DNA of 64,000 bases, from contig JASTWF010000123.1 in assembly GCA_030390025.1 (NCBI GenBank), positions 558,001-622,000 of the forward strand. The letters run 5' to 3'. Position numbers and translations under genes: made by a program. Positions 1 to 11,929 of this stretch are shown one piece after another. The stretch comes from Squalus acanthias. Lineage: Eukaryota. Positions within the stretch are counted from its first letter, which is position 1. Every line of letters starts with the position of its first letter. Below the pieces are notes generated by a model. The model saw nothing but the letters and a program-made list of their open reading frames with translations. It searched no databases and was not told where the DNA came from.

Positions 1-223
1 AAATTACTGTGTTGGCCGTAAAGTGCTTTTGAACGTCCTGAGATTGTGAAAGGAGCAACATATATGCAATTGTTTCTTTCTTTGTCAGGCCTCGGGATTA
101 CCAGTCCACGCACATAACCACGACATTACCGATATAGTTAGTGTTCAACTTGTCTGGCCCTAGTAGAGTTAAAAGCCGTGGGGACAAAGGATGTCAATAT
201 TGGAGTGAGGCCCAGGAACCTAC

Positions 224-541
224 CTTCGACGTTCTTCACATCCCGGCTGGTGTTGGAGTTGGAGGGCGGATGAGACACTGTACAGGTGAAGACTGAGCCT
301 TTCCTCCACTCCTCTGTACTCAGAGTCAGGAAGTGCCTGGCACTGAACGTCCCCGCCTGTTCCAGAGCGGTGAGTGTAGCGCTGGTGTTAGAGGAGATCG
401 GAGAGCGGTCTTTCTCCCATGAGACGTGTATGAGGTCCGGGTAGAATCCAGTGATCACACACTCGAGTGTGGCCGTGTTCTTACTCTTGGTTTCTTGGTC
501 TGGTGGAGGCAGCAGTCTGACCGTGGGACTTTTTGTTTCAA
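224..541 (-). CDS. IgW: IgW heavy chain constant exon CH4 (C1-set Ig domain)
   Basis: Acceptor ttccag|TT and donor AAG|gtaggt, phase 1/1, 318 nt. Encodes VETKSPTVRLLPPP...LECVITGFYPDLIHVSW...FTCTVSHPPS with canonical C-W-C. Confidence 0.93.
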
Positions 542-630
542 CTGGAACAGACGTGCACACAAAGAAAGTGTTAAACTCTTTCCCTCAAGGTGATCAAAGC
601 CAGGCGTTAAATTTCTGATCTCTTGCCCAC

Positions 631-930
631 CTTTTCCACTGCTTGTCCGTTTTGACACTGGCGAGGACGATGAGGCACCTTGGGCGGAGCACACGTACTC
701 TACCCCACTGGTCCACTCCTCCACGCTGGTTCGCAGTCGGCTGATGACTGTGTGCTGGGTCCCTTCCTCTCTCGGTTGCTGGGTCACAACCCCTTCTCTT
801 CTCTTCCCGCTCACCTCCCAGGAGATTGTGACCTGGCTCGGATCAGAACAGACCACTGCACACACCAGGGTAGCAGTCTTGTTGATCCAAATCTCTTCAA
901 TAGGAGGATTTCGGATAAACACAGATATTT
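631..930 (-). CDS. IgW: IgW heavy chain constant exon CH3
   Basis: Acceptor cccag|AA and donor AAG|gtgggc, 300 nt. Encodes EISVFIRNPPIEEIWINKTATLVC...ISW...EYVCSAQ. An 89-bp intron separates it from CH4. Confidence 0.92.
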
Positions 931-1489
931 CTGGGAATTGGAAAGGGAAAACTTCAGAAGAATGGACAATGTCTGGAGTCAGCGGGCTTCAGAATTTTAG
1001 GAGAACCTTTTCTATTGAGGATAAGTGATGGAAGGTCAGGACAGAAGTGACTTTAAACAGTTTAAACCAGGGTCCCTTTTAATCTATTATATCTTGGGCT
1101 GATACTGGATCAAGCCATACTGCAGCTAAATTTGCAGTAAATTGAACATTAGAAAATCCCAGAGTTGTTTGAAAGATATCTTGCATTTCTTGGCCTGCAA
1201 GTTTTGACTGAAAAAACATATTCAGCATCAAGAACCCGCCGAATCCGTTTTGAATCCGTTTCCCGTAACCGTGACCAATAGATCCGCAGTGGGGACTGCA
1301 ATGGAGTTGTGGGGCTGAGTGACATTTAGATGTGGCGATGCTTAGCAAAAGAAAAACGGAATAAATGCATGTTTGCATAGAGTCCCGGTGTGGGGCTATG
1401 GATTTGGATTGATTTGTGACATTGAGCACACTGAATCCATGAGGACCCCTCTTCTCCATTCAGAGTGAGCCTGGGATTGCCTCAGTTTT

Positions 1490-1860
1490 AAAATTCTTAT
1501 CCTACTGTTCAAATCTCTCCCGGGCCTCGCCTCTCCCCATCTCTGTAACCTTCTCCAGCCCTACAACCCTCCGAGAACTCTGCATTCCTCCAACTCTGGC
1601 CTCTTGTCCATCCTCCATTCCCTTCGCCCCAGCATTGGCGGCTGTGCCTTCAGCCACCTCGGCCCTAATCTCTGGAACTCCCTCCCTAAATCTCAATGAC
1701 CTGCCACCTCTCTCTCCTCCTTTAAGACGCTCCTTAAAAGCTACCTTTTTGACCAAGCGCTTGGTCACCTGTCCTAATATCTCCTTCTTTGGCTCGGTGT
1801 GAACTTTTGTCTGATTATACTCCAGTGAAGCACCTTCGGATGTTTTACTACATTACATTT
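1490..1860 (+). mobile_element. L2-clade LINE 3' fragment
   Basis: ccagccctacaaccctccgagaactctgcattcctcc...ctccttaaaagctacctttttgacc, the same family as 40710-41170. Confidence 0.6.
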
Positions 1861-2483
1861 TCTCCATTGACTATATTTAACTCAAGCTGCTGTTGTTGAT
1901 GACTCCCTGTCAAGGAAGAACGTTAGTTTGTAACGGCAGAGCAACCCGTCAATCAGAGGAAGTAACAGAAGTCCCCCTCTTGCTGCAGGTTGGGGATCAT
2001 TTCTCCATAACATGTACTTCCCCACATTTCATGTCCGAGCCATTGGACTAGGAAGAGAATGATATTTTCCCCATTGCCACTCGTCTCCCAAAGGGCCATT
2101 GTCACTTCAGATATCCCGCTGCTCACTGCGTGTTCTGTGCACCATTCACACACACTTTCACTGTGCAATTCAAAACTGAGCTATCTGCTCTGATCCACAT
2201 CGATTGTTCACCCTCTGTATGATGTTAACACTTGGGTCAAGATGACCATCTTTGTGTCAGGATCAAAACCTTTTTGAAAACCTGAGCACCGGGAATCAAG
2301 TCCTCCGGCTGCAGTTTGAACTGATGTTCAGCACACACTGTCTGTCTGACAGGACTGTGTCTTTTATTGACTTGAGATGTTCTGTTTCTCTCCCCCGCAT
2401 TTTGAACAAGATGGCGAGCAATTTCCTTTCAAAAATACTGACGGACTGGAATTGGTCACGTTGAGGCTTGTCACCGTACAGAC

Positions 2484-2730
2484 TCAATGATTTTTATATA
2501 CACCATATATAGTCAATGATGTTTATATACACCATATATAGTCAATGATGTTTATATCTAATTTACTTCACCTGAGGAAGGAGCAATCGATAGCTCCGAA
2601 AGCTTGTGATTTCAAATAAAACTGTTGGACTATAACCTGGTGTTGTGCGACCTCTCAATTTTGTCCACCCCAGTCCAACACCGGCATCTCCGCATCATGT
2701 TTATATACACCATATATAGTCAATGATTTT
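2484..2730. repeat. 29-bp tandem repeat interrupted by a Penelope-derived hammerhead-containing fragment
   Basis: tcaatgat(g/t)tttatatacaccatatatag at 2484 and 2513, partial at 2542, resuming at ~2696. Confidence 0.75.
2568..2609 (+). ncRNA. Minimal type I hammerhead ribozyme motif (Penelope-like)
   Basis: tcac CTGAGGA aGGAGC-aatcgata-GCTCC GAAA gctt gtga: catalytic core, stem II, palindromic stem III (AAGCTT) and stem I tcac/gtga. Confidence 0.65.
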
Positions 2731-3511
2731 TAAACCTAGGTTTAATCTGCACCGTGTTGATGTTAAATATTCCGGTTTTTGTAAGCTGCTCAGCCCTGCC
2801 TTACATTAGTGACCAAGTCTCGACCTTTAACAGTCCCGGGTGACAGGCAGTCTCCCATCATAAAACCTCACAGGGTCGGGAGAGTTCCCCCTATTATTTC
2901 AAGATGCTGATATTATTAGATGAGCGACATTTCATTTTGTTTACCCTTGCGGGGACATTTATAAAAACACTTCCCTAACTTGAATTCCTTGTGAACATTG
3001 AGCTCCTCTCGTTGACTGATGTCAGTATCCGGGAGGGGAGTGAATGGAACCGTTTCTATTTCTGCTACCCAGAGATTTATCTAAAACCTACCGGGTCACA
3101 CAAGGCACCAGTTGGATCCCTGTGTCCTATCTCACCAATTTGCCTCAGGACCAACATCATTCAAGGGGTCGCCCACCCTTTTCCTGGATCAATGTGACAT
3201 TTCTCCCCCACCCCCACTCCTCCCACCCCACAGCCTCTCTGGGCGAGAGATGGGCTTCCAATTCTTGCCAACTAGAGTCAGACCAGAGAGGCAACGGTCA
3301 AGCTGTGGGGCCGGGCCCTGATCCAAAGTGACCCAGCACAGTTCACAACAAATGACCATACAAACAAGGAGTGGATTGGGTGGGGGAGCCAGAGCTCGGG
3401 CTGTATCTCCTCCCTCTGTTTACACTTCATCCAGGGGGACACCGTGGGCTGGATTTGAACCCGCCAAACGGTTTGTAATAAAATTCAACGGCCAATTCCA
3501 TTCACAACCAA

Positions 3512-3684
3512 TCACTTTATTTCGCACTTTTGTTGGTGACACTGATACTGGCGCTCAGCACCATCGGAGAGGGTCACGTTAAGGTTAGTCTGGTAGATGA
3601 GGGTCGGCAGACACTCAGAACAAGAGCAAGCAGGACAAGAGCAAGCAGCATTTCCACCCGGAACAGGAAGATTTGTGTTTCCAC
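3512..3684 (-). CDS. IgW: IgW short-form cysteine-rich secretory tail exon (spliced to CH2)
   Basis: Acceptor cttctggttccag|GT, in phase with CH2. Encodes 57 aa GGNTNLPVPGGNAACSCPACSCSECLPTLIYQTNLNVTLSDGAERQYQCHQQKCEIK* (7 Cys, NVT sequon), matching the Cys-rich tail of skate IgX/short IgW as I recall it. Too short for the ORF track. Confidence 0.9.
3516..3521 (-). terminator. Candidate polyadenylation signal of the short secreted form
   Basis: AATAAA inside GAA ATA AAG TGA, followed by GT/T-rich sequence. Confidence 0.45.
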
Positions 3685-4068
3685 CTGGAACCAGAAGAGT
3701 TGCAGATTTAAGCGTTATACATTTTCACCTCCCCTCCCCTGTGCTGGGAAAGTGGGAGCTCCACACGGCCCCTCAACTCTGCTCCATCCTGAGTTTATAG
3801 GATCCGAAAGGGACCAGATCATGGAGACCATGACAAGCTGTTTCACCTTGTCGAGGACAGTAGAACCAGAGGACATGACCTGTGCTTGAAGAGCGGGGGC
3901 GGGGAGAGGGTGGTGGGGGGCGGGGGAAAGAGTCGATTCAAAACAAATTTGGGGAACCAACATTTCAGCAAGCGAGTGGTCAATAGGCTCCCTCGGGAGA
4001 TGGTGGCAGCAGATCGTGGCGATTCATTCAAATGCAAAATTGGATAGATTTTTCATAAAATAACATTT

Positions 4069-4260
4069 GGGAGCCAGTAGAAAGGGAACAGGTAGGCGGT
4101 GATTTGAACTGTGGACGGCATCAGACGGGCCGCCCGATTTACGCCCCGTCCCATTTTCCTTCCTATTGAAGTCCGTGGCGAGTAAAGTCGGGCGAGGCTG
4201 TAAACGGGCGGCCGATCCCGGCAGTTTCCACGCCCAGCGCGTTATGTTAAAATTGCTCCC
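4069..4260. mobile_element. Palindromic MITE (Harbinger-like family)
   Basis: Imperfect hairpin around a cctattgaagtccgtgg centre, ending aaattgctccc. Related copies at ~5435-5610, ~6424-6605, 7270-7453, 9377-9564 and ~11180-11280. Confidence 0.55.
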
Positions 4261-4429
4261 TTTAAGTATCGGTTCAATATCAGCACAAAATACTGAACAC
4301 CTTGCCTCTCTCAACAAGGTCGATATTAGGGAAAGGGATTCATGAATTGAGGGCGAGCGTCAGCGCATTAAGTTAATACAAGGCTGAATTACTGACGGTA
4401 TATTCTTCTTCCCCTCAGACACCACTTAC

Positions 4430-4735
4430 CCTCTCGATACCTCATGCTGATCCTCTCACTGAAGCTCGAAGGTACGTGGGACACTTCACAAGTGTAGACA
4501 TTCCCTTTGGTCCATTCCTCCACAGCCACCGTCAGGTAAGTGACCGTTTCAAAGGTAGCGCCGGTTCTCCGTGTGGAATTGGGAACAACACCCGTTTGGT
4601 CCACTCCGGCTTTCGTCCAAGAAACCTGTAGGCTGTCGGGATAGAATCCGGATATCACACAGCCCAGGACAGCTTCAGTTTGATTGTAGACAACCTCCGG
4701 GGATGGAACAAGGGAGATGAGCTTTGGAGCTTGAG
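4430..4735 (-). CDS. IgW: IgW heavy chain constant exon CH2
   Basis: Acceptor ttacag|CT and donor GAGG|gtaagt, 306 nt. Encodes PQAPKLISLVPSPEVVYNQTEAVLGCVISGFYPDSLQVSW...YTCEVSHVPS. Confidence 0.94.
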
Positions 4736-5629
4736 CTGTAACACATTACCATATTTCAGATTACATTATGTTTTTGGCCACAGTAAAGGTGTGCTCCATT
4801 CCCCCAACATCTAGAGCAACGCATGATGCCAGCCCCCTCCATATGTTGCTGATTTGCTGGTGAACACGTCGTCAGGGTGAGAACCATTGTGACATGTTGG
4901 AGAGAGCTGGGATTGGGAGAGCTGGCAGTGTACCTAGGGTCTACCAAGCGGAGCATCCCATTCTACAGGGGTATGAGGAGAAATGTAGGTAAATGAGGTT
5001 GAGGTGTAGATCTGCCATAATCTAATAGAATGGTGGAACATGCTGGAGGAGGTGAATGGCCTACACCTGTTCCCATGTACAGATACCAGTATTGACAGTA
5101 CAACTGCCAGCTGTGTATTTCTCAGATTACCTTTCATATCATCCAGCAGATCCCATCAATCATTCTGAAAATCAACCCCAATAACATCCTCTTTTGACTG
5201 GGTTCTCTCTTGCCCTCTCCTGAAATGTTTGGTTACCTTTCAGTTCTGGTTCTGACAAACGAGCCTACCTTTTCACATTTCAGATGCTGGTTGACTTGCT
5301 GCGTATGTTCAGCATTTTTCTGTTGGCACCTGAACATCCCATAGTGATCGACGCCTACAGGGTAGCACTTTGTAAAGTTGTCACTGAGCCTTTGGAGGAC
5401 CTCAGGTAGAAATTACAATTGTCCACAATAATGGAGGCAGGTTTAGCCCGTACCTGCGACATTCCTCTCTCCATATTGCAATGGAGGCGCCAGCCCGTTT
5501 AAAGTCAATGGAGTCAAATGGTCTCGGGCAGGAGCACAAGACGGACGACAGCGAATCGGCAGCCCGCTTTATGCTCCACCCGATTTTCTTTTCCATTGAC
5601 GTCAGTGATGGAAGGAAGAACGAAAGAGG

Positions 5630-6400
5630 CAATAGAAATTAAATGGTACAATTTTAAAGGGGGTGCAGGAACTGAGGTGACCTGTGGGTTTACCACACAA
5701 ATCTTTGAAAGGGACAGGACAAGTTGATGAGGCTGTTCAATAAAAAGCACACGGGATCCTGGGCTTTATAACTCGAGGCGTAGAGCACAAAAGCAAGGAA
5801 GTTATTCCTAAACCAGTACAAATCACTGGTATGGCCGCAACTGGTGTATTGTGTCCAGTTCTGGGCACCGCACTTTACAAAGGAATTCAAGGCCTCAGAG
5901 AGGGTGCAGAGGAGATTTACTAGAATGGTTCCAGGGATGAGGGACTTCAGTCATATGGAGAGACCAGAGAAGCTGGAATTTTTCTCCTTAAGTAGAGCAG
6001 ATAAGGTTAAGAGGAGATTTAATGGAGGTGTTCAAAATTATGAGGGGTATTGATAGAGTCGATGGGGGGAAACTGTTTCCACTGGCAGGAGGGTTGGTAG
6101 CCAGAGGACACAGATTTAATATAATTGGCAAAAAAGCCAGGGGGAAGATGAGCAATTTAACAGAAAAAAAATTTATAACCGCAGCGACTGGTTAAGATCT
6201 GGAATGTACTGCCTGAAAGAGGGCGGTGGAGGCAGATTCAATAGTCATTTTCAAAAGGGAACTGGATAAATAGTTGAATAGGGAGAATTTGCAGGGCTTT
6301 GGGGAAAGAGCAGGGTGAGTGGGACTAATTTGAAACCTCTGATACCGCTGGCACAGGCGTGATGGACCGAATGGCCTCCTCCTGTCCTGTATGATTCTAT
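5630..6400 (+). mobile_element. CR1-clade LINE 3' fragment, degenerate
   Basis: YCVQFWAPHF...RVQRRFTRMVPG motif and CR1 3' UTR/tail. Confidence 0.8.
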
Positions 6401-6798
6401 GAACCAGGGCCTGATTGGGATTGGGGGGAATCTATAATTGGACATGGGCGAAGACGCAATGCAGGCGGTATCACATCGGTCGCCCGTTACACGCTCCGAC
6501 CGATATTCAGTTTCATTGACCTTAGAACTGAATATCAGGCGTGTCGTATCACGGGCGGCAAATACAATTCCGACAATTTTGCGTCCCCGCCCTTGTCCAA
6601 TTTCACGTGATTTCTCATTGTCCTTTATTTTGTTACCAGCAGCACTGCTGGTGTCCAGGGATAGAATATATGGGCACAAGAACTCATTCAGGTTCTATTC
6701 TTCAACAATCTCCTACATTGGTTGGTGAAATTGCCTGGACCAATTTCATCCCCCGACGCCAGTGTAGTTTTAAATGGCAAATAATGTCTTGTACTAAC

Positions 6799-7119
6799 GT
6801 TTAGGTTCAGGTTTTCGGGTCTGAGCTGCCACCATTTCGTCTGACTTGTACCCCGCCTTGCAGTGGTAGACCCTATTGGTGTTCCAATCCGATGCAGAGA
6901 CTTTGAGCACACTGCTCATCGTGTACTTCATATTTTGCCCCAAGACTGCCGGATACTTCTTGATTCCAGTAGTGATGTCTGCACCGTTACTGGACCATGT
7001 CTGACTGATGATCTCGGGCTGAAAGTCCTTGACCAGGCAGAGGAGGCTGATCTCATCTTGGTTGGAGTTCCTGCCGCAGGAAGGGTTGGAGATGTAGACT
7101 GATGGTGCGGACTGGACTT
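6799..7119 (-). CDS. IgW: IgW heavy chain constant exon CH1
   Basis: Acceptor gtttcag|AA and donor AAAC|gttagt, 321 nt. Encodes [16 protein letters not shown]...[17 protein letters not shown]...KKYPAVLG...YHCKAG. The extra N-terminal Cys is the likely light-chain bond. Confidence 0.94.
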
Positions 7120-7269
7120 CTGAAACATAAATAGATGCACACAGATAAGTCCAGTAAAAGAATGCATTACAGGTGGACACAGAAGGAGAGATTGCGTTAT
7201 ATATAAAACCAGCCATTTCTGAAAACAACAGATGGGTGGGAAATGGAGGCCAATGCAAAGGTCAGCATT

Positions 7270-7453
7270 GGGTAACTTTAACCTAACTCTCCGGGCGGCA
7301 AACCCGCGGGATTGGGTGGAATGCCGTTTTTACACCCCGCCCAATATTACTCTCCATCGACTTCAATAGAAAGTAAAATCGGGCGGGGTGTGAAACCAGT
7401 GTTGCGCCCGATCACATCAGTTTGCCGATGGGTGGGTTAGGTTAAAATTGCCC
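7270..7453. mobile_element. Palindromic MITE
   Basis: TIRs gggtaactttaacctaac / ggttaggttaaaattgccc around a central ccatcgacttcaatag. Confidence 0.7.
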
Positions 7454-8631
7454 ATAAGGATCACTAGAAAGCCAAGAAAATGCAAGGGCCCTGTAGAGCC
7501 GGAAGACTGGCTGGAAAAAAGCAATGGCAGTTAAAATTGGAGAATCCGAGGGAACCAATATACGAGAGCAACATTCTTTGCAACGACACACAGGCTTCAG
7601 ATATAATGCAGAAATTATGAGGTGAGCGGATTTAAAGCTAGAAAAAAAAAGTGGGAACCCGGAATTTGCAGTCAAGGGAATAGCAGAATGATCGAATATT
7701 TACTTTACATGAAGGTTTATTCAAGGAGGAGATACATTGTTGAAATCTTGTTTTCAAGTAGAAGACAGAAAGCTTGCAAATAACAGTGGACATGATTTAA
7801 CAAAACGGTCAACATTTACAGTTTCATTTTTAAGAACCCTTTTCATAGTTAACAATTTTGATGGTTTCACAAGAAATTTTGCACTATTGGTACATGATTC
7901 ACAGGGATAGAAAGGAGGGCAGAAGAGAGATTGTCTCTTTCTTATTCCTTTTAGATTACGCATGCTAAAACTGACAGTGCCAAACCAGTAAATGGGTAAT
8001 CTGATTCTGGCCGTTGGCGATACAGCCTCTGTCACACAAGCCAATTCGTGCCATAAGTAAAGTGACACAGAACAGAAACCCTAAGATATGGTGCTAGATA
8101 GACAATCTGGAAACGCACAGTATCCACTGATAGCTTCTCGGGTTTGAAATGGCTCATGAAAGGGATGTCCAGTTGTCGGTCTCAGGAACCTTGCTATTTT
8201 TCAGAGGTATGAGCGGCTTAGGAACATAGGAATTCCCGGACCATGAAAGACCAAGGTTCATCGAGGTGGCCTTCTACCATCCTGGTGTGTATGATACGAT
8301 AATGGAGCTGTGGACTCATTATAGCAATCATTCTCTTATCAATGAGTCTACAACAGACCTAGACATGAGGCGAGGAAACCCCAGTGATGGAGAGCTTTAG
8401 GAACCGTAGGTCCAAAGTCACCTGTTCCTCCCAAGCATGCTACACTTCCCACACGTCATGTCCCAAATCACTCATATACTGTCTCCCAAAATGTTATTTT
8501 CTGGAGAAAGGTTTTCCGAAACAACCCCCTCAAATTTGCCTATTTTACAAGAAATGGAGGCAGTGTGCATGAGGAAAACTAGAGCTGGATTCAGGAGGAC
8601 TTCAAGCCTGGAAACTGTTAATGAGCTACCA

Positions 8632-8990
8632 CAGGCTGACACTCCAGGGCAGTGCTGAGACAGTGCTGCACTGTCGGAGGTGCCGTCATTCAAATGAAAC
8701 GTTAAACCGAGGCCCTGCCCGTCCTCTCAGGTGGGATGTAAAAGATCCCACGACACTGTTTCAAAGAATAGCTGGGAAGTTCTCCCCAGTGTCCCGGCCA
8801 ATATTTATCCCTCATCCAACACCACTGAAACAGATTATCTGGGCTGTTTGTGGGATCTTGCTGTGTGCAAATTGGCTGCCACGTTTCCCCACAATACAAC
8901 AGTGACCACACTGCAAACGTACTTCATTGACTGAAGCGCTTTGCGACATCCTGAGGTCGTGAAAAATGCTATAAATTCAAGTCTTTTTTA
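8632..8990 (+). mobile_element. DeuSINE-like (SacSINE1-type) SINE, 5' truncated
   Basis: tgctgcactgtcggaggtgccgtc...gttaaaccgaggccc central domain and gtgaaaaatgctataaat tail. Other fragments at 1-83, 9810-9945 and 52255-52383. Confidence 0.7.
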
Positions 8991-9376
8991 AAAAAAACAT
9001 TTAAAACAAAATCAAAATACTGTGGTTGCTGGAAATCTGAATAAAAGAGTTGTGATGAAAGGTCATCGACCTGAAATGTTAACTCTTTCTCTCTCCACAG
9101 ATGCTGAGTGTTTCCAGTGCGGGTGACACGATAATATCAGTCATCATCATTTACAGTCGAGGATCTTTGACAACCTGGGACCAGTGGGCGGTAAGTGTGG
9201 GTCAATGTGGATCAGTGGATCAAACGGTGTTGTGGCCTGGTGATCAGGAAATGGATCTGGGGACAACTTGGAAAAAACCCATAAAACTCTTAACATAGTG
9301 CTGAAGTACTACAGTAAAGAGGCTGAACATGAGCTTGGCTGTATCGGCAGAGAACTGGATTGAAAAAGAAGATATT

Positions 9377-9564
9377 GGGGGTGAAATTGGTCTTGGGGTG
9401 GTTGTGTGAAATGATCGATGGTGAATCGGCAGCTCGTGTTACAGTCGGCCCGATTTTCTTTTCTATTGTAGTCAATGAGATCGAAAATCTGGGCGGGTGT
9501 GTAACGGGCGGGTGATTTGCTATCGCCGGTTTCGTGCTACGGCCCGAGACCAATTTCACCCCCC
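9377..9564. mobile_element. Palindromic MITE with 3-bp TSD (ATT)
   Basis: att|gggggtgaaattggtcttggg ... cccgagaccaatttcacccccc|att. Confidence 0.8.
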
Positions 9565-10397
9565 ATTGTATCGTGGGTGGTTGGTCAAACCTCGTGTGGA
9601 GGTCTGTGTGCAATTCTGGATCACCCAGTGGTGGCAAAGGACACTCTGGTCCATGAGAGCTTACAGTGCTACAGATCCAGGATGGTTCCCAGTATTAGGG
9701 AGTTAAGTGAGGGGGAAAGATTAAGCAGCCTGGTGTTACTTTCTTTGGCAGAGATGAGCGGGGTAATGTTCACTTTGGGCAATGCTGTAAAACGGACAAT
9801 AACTGTCCATTCAGCCGTGGCTCAGTTGGTAGCACTCTCGCTGACACAACACTGACGACACTTCAAAAGTAGTTCATTGGCTGTAAAGCGCTCAGGGACA
9901 TTGTGAGGTCATGAAAGGTGCTATATAAATGCAAGTTCTTTCTTTCACAACCACTTTTACTGCATGACAAAAACAATCTTGGTTAATATAACAAGGGACC
10001 TTTGAAATCTAACCCAGTTGGGTGATAAGGGATGACATGGAATTGGCACAGCATTTCCTTGGGTGCTGAACTAAGAACTAGCAGCTCATTTGAACAGTGA
10101 AGCTCAATAACACATCAGAAATGTAAAGACATTTGTTCAGAATCTAAACCCGGACCAGTCACTGACGTCACAATAAAGGAAAATTTATTCAGGCACGGAG
10201 CGTCACAAAATATTGAAATTCAGCAGAGCTGGTGTTTCTTTCAGATAGATAATAACTGATGTGCAGCCTCCCACAATTAGGACCCCATCGAACGTTCAGA
10301 CCTTCTTGGTTCAACTATTTATTTGAATTGAGGTTTTGTTTATGAATCAAACTGCAGCAATTTGCTTTCAAATCTGAAGAACTACATGTGGTCTGAA

Positions 10398-11178
10398 GTA
10401 CCTGCCCTGTGACTGTTTGATGGGACAGTGTAGAGGGAGCTTTACTCTGTATCTAACCCGTGCTGTACCTGCCCTGGGAGTGTTTAATGGGACAGTGTAG
10501 AGGGAGCTTTACTCTGTATCTAACCCGTGCTGTACCTGCCCTGGGAGTGTTTGATGGGACAGTGTAGAGGGAGCTTTACTCTGTATCTAACCCGTGCTGT
10601 ACCTGCCCTGGGAGTGTTTGATGGGACAGTGTAGAGGGAGCTTTACTCTGTATCTAACCCGTGCTGTACCTGCCCTGGGAGTGTTTGATGGGACAGTGTA
10701 GAGGGAGCTTTATTCTGTATCTAACCCGTGCTGTACCTGCCCTGGGAGTGTTTGATGGGACAGTGTAGAGGGAGCTTTACTCTGTATCTAACCCGTGCTG
10801 TACCTGCCCTGGGAGTGTTTGATGGGGACAGTGTAGAGGGAGCTTTACTCTGTATCTAACCCGTGCTGTACCTGCCCTGGGAGTGTTTGATGGGACAGTG
10901 TAGAGGGAGCTTTACTCTGTATCTAACCCGTGCTGTACCTGCCCTGGGAGTGTTTGATGGGACAGTGTAGAGGGAGCTTTACTCTATATCTAACCCATGC
11001 TGTACCTGCCCTGGGAGTCTTTGATGGGACAGTGTAGAGGGAGCTTTACTCTGTATCTAACCCGTGCTGTACCTGCCCTGGGAGTGTTTGATGGGACAGT
11101 GTAGAGGGAGCTTTACTCTGTATCTAACCCGTGCTGTACCTGCCCTGGGAGTGTTTGATGGGACAGTGTAGAGGGAGT
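10398..11178. repeat. 67-bp minisatellite, ~11.5 copies, in the J-CH1 intron
   Basis: Unit gtacctgccctgggagtgtttgatgggacagtgtagagggagctttactctgtatctaacccgtgct at 10398, 10465, ... Confidence 0.97.
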
Positions 11179-11929
11179 TTCCAAACTGATGTCAATGGAA
11201 AGCTAAATCAGACAGTGTGTGAAACGAGCTGCCGATTTGCCATTACCCGATTTACTGAACCACCCAAAATAAATTGCACCTTCACAGAATGATACGGCAC
11301 AGAAGGAGGCCATTTGGCCCATCGAGCCTCTTTGGTAGAGCTAACCAATTAATCCCATCCCCTGCTATTTCCCCATAACCCTGTAAACTGTTTTCCTTCA
11401 GGTATTTATCCAATTCCCTTTTGAAAGTTACTATTGAATCTGCTTCCACCGCCCTTTCAGGCAGTGCGTTCCAGATCACAACAACTTGCTGCGCAGAAAG
11501 AATGTTCGCCTTAAATTTTGCCCCTGATTTATTGTCTCCAAAACTTTCCCCACCACCGACATCAGGCTGATTGGCCTGTAAAGTGTGAAATAATCCTGTT
11601 TTTAATTTGCTCCCTTATGCCCTCCACCTGCTTTCTCAATTCCATTCAGAAGCTTCCCCCTCCACCACAAAGAAACCAAACCGAAACCTCCTTAATCCTA
11701 ACAATGAATCCCGAGGTATTTGAAATATCCGTTCAATGCTGACCGAGGCTATGCATTATACCGGATAGGCCTCATACAGTATTGTACCGACATCCCACTC
11801 TACCCCTCCGTTAATGGAGCCCAGTACATAAGCTCAGACTGAACTGATCCTTTCAACCTCTTTGCAGAACTGTTCAATCTTTACCCTGATTTGATGGGTT
11901 GGAGGACTGCTCTGTTTCCTGCAAGTGAA

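Noticed and set aside
3715-4037. ORFs upstream of the tail exon (including CWFPKFV)
   Set aside because: Intronic; the convincing tail exon is 3512-3684.
7500-8200. Possible decayed coding remnant in the J-C intron
   Set aside because: No recognisable motif or sustained frame; left unassigned.
9101-9298. Possible J-like or exon-like stretch (tttgacaacctggga...ggtaagt)
   Set aside because: No WGxG/FGxG frame and no RSS; opposite strand to the cluster.
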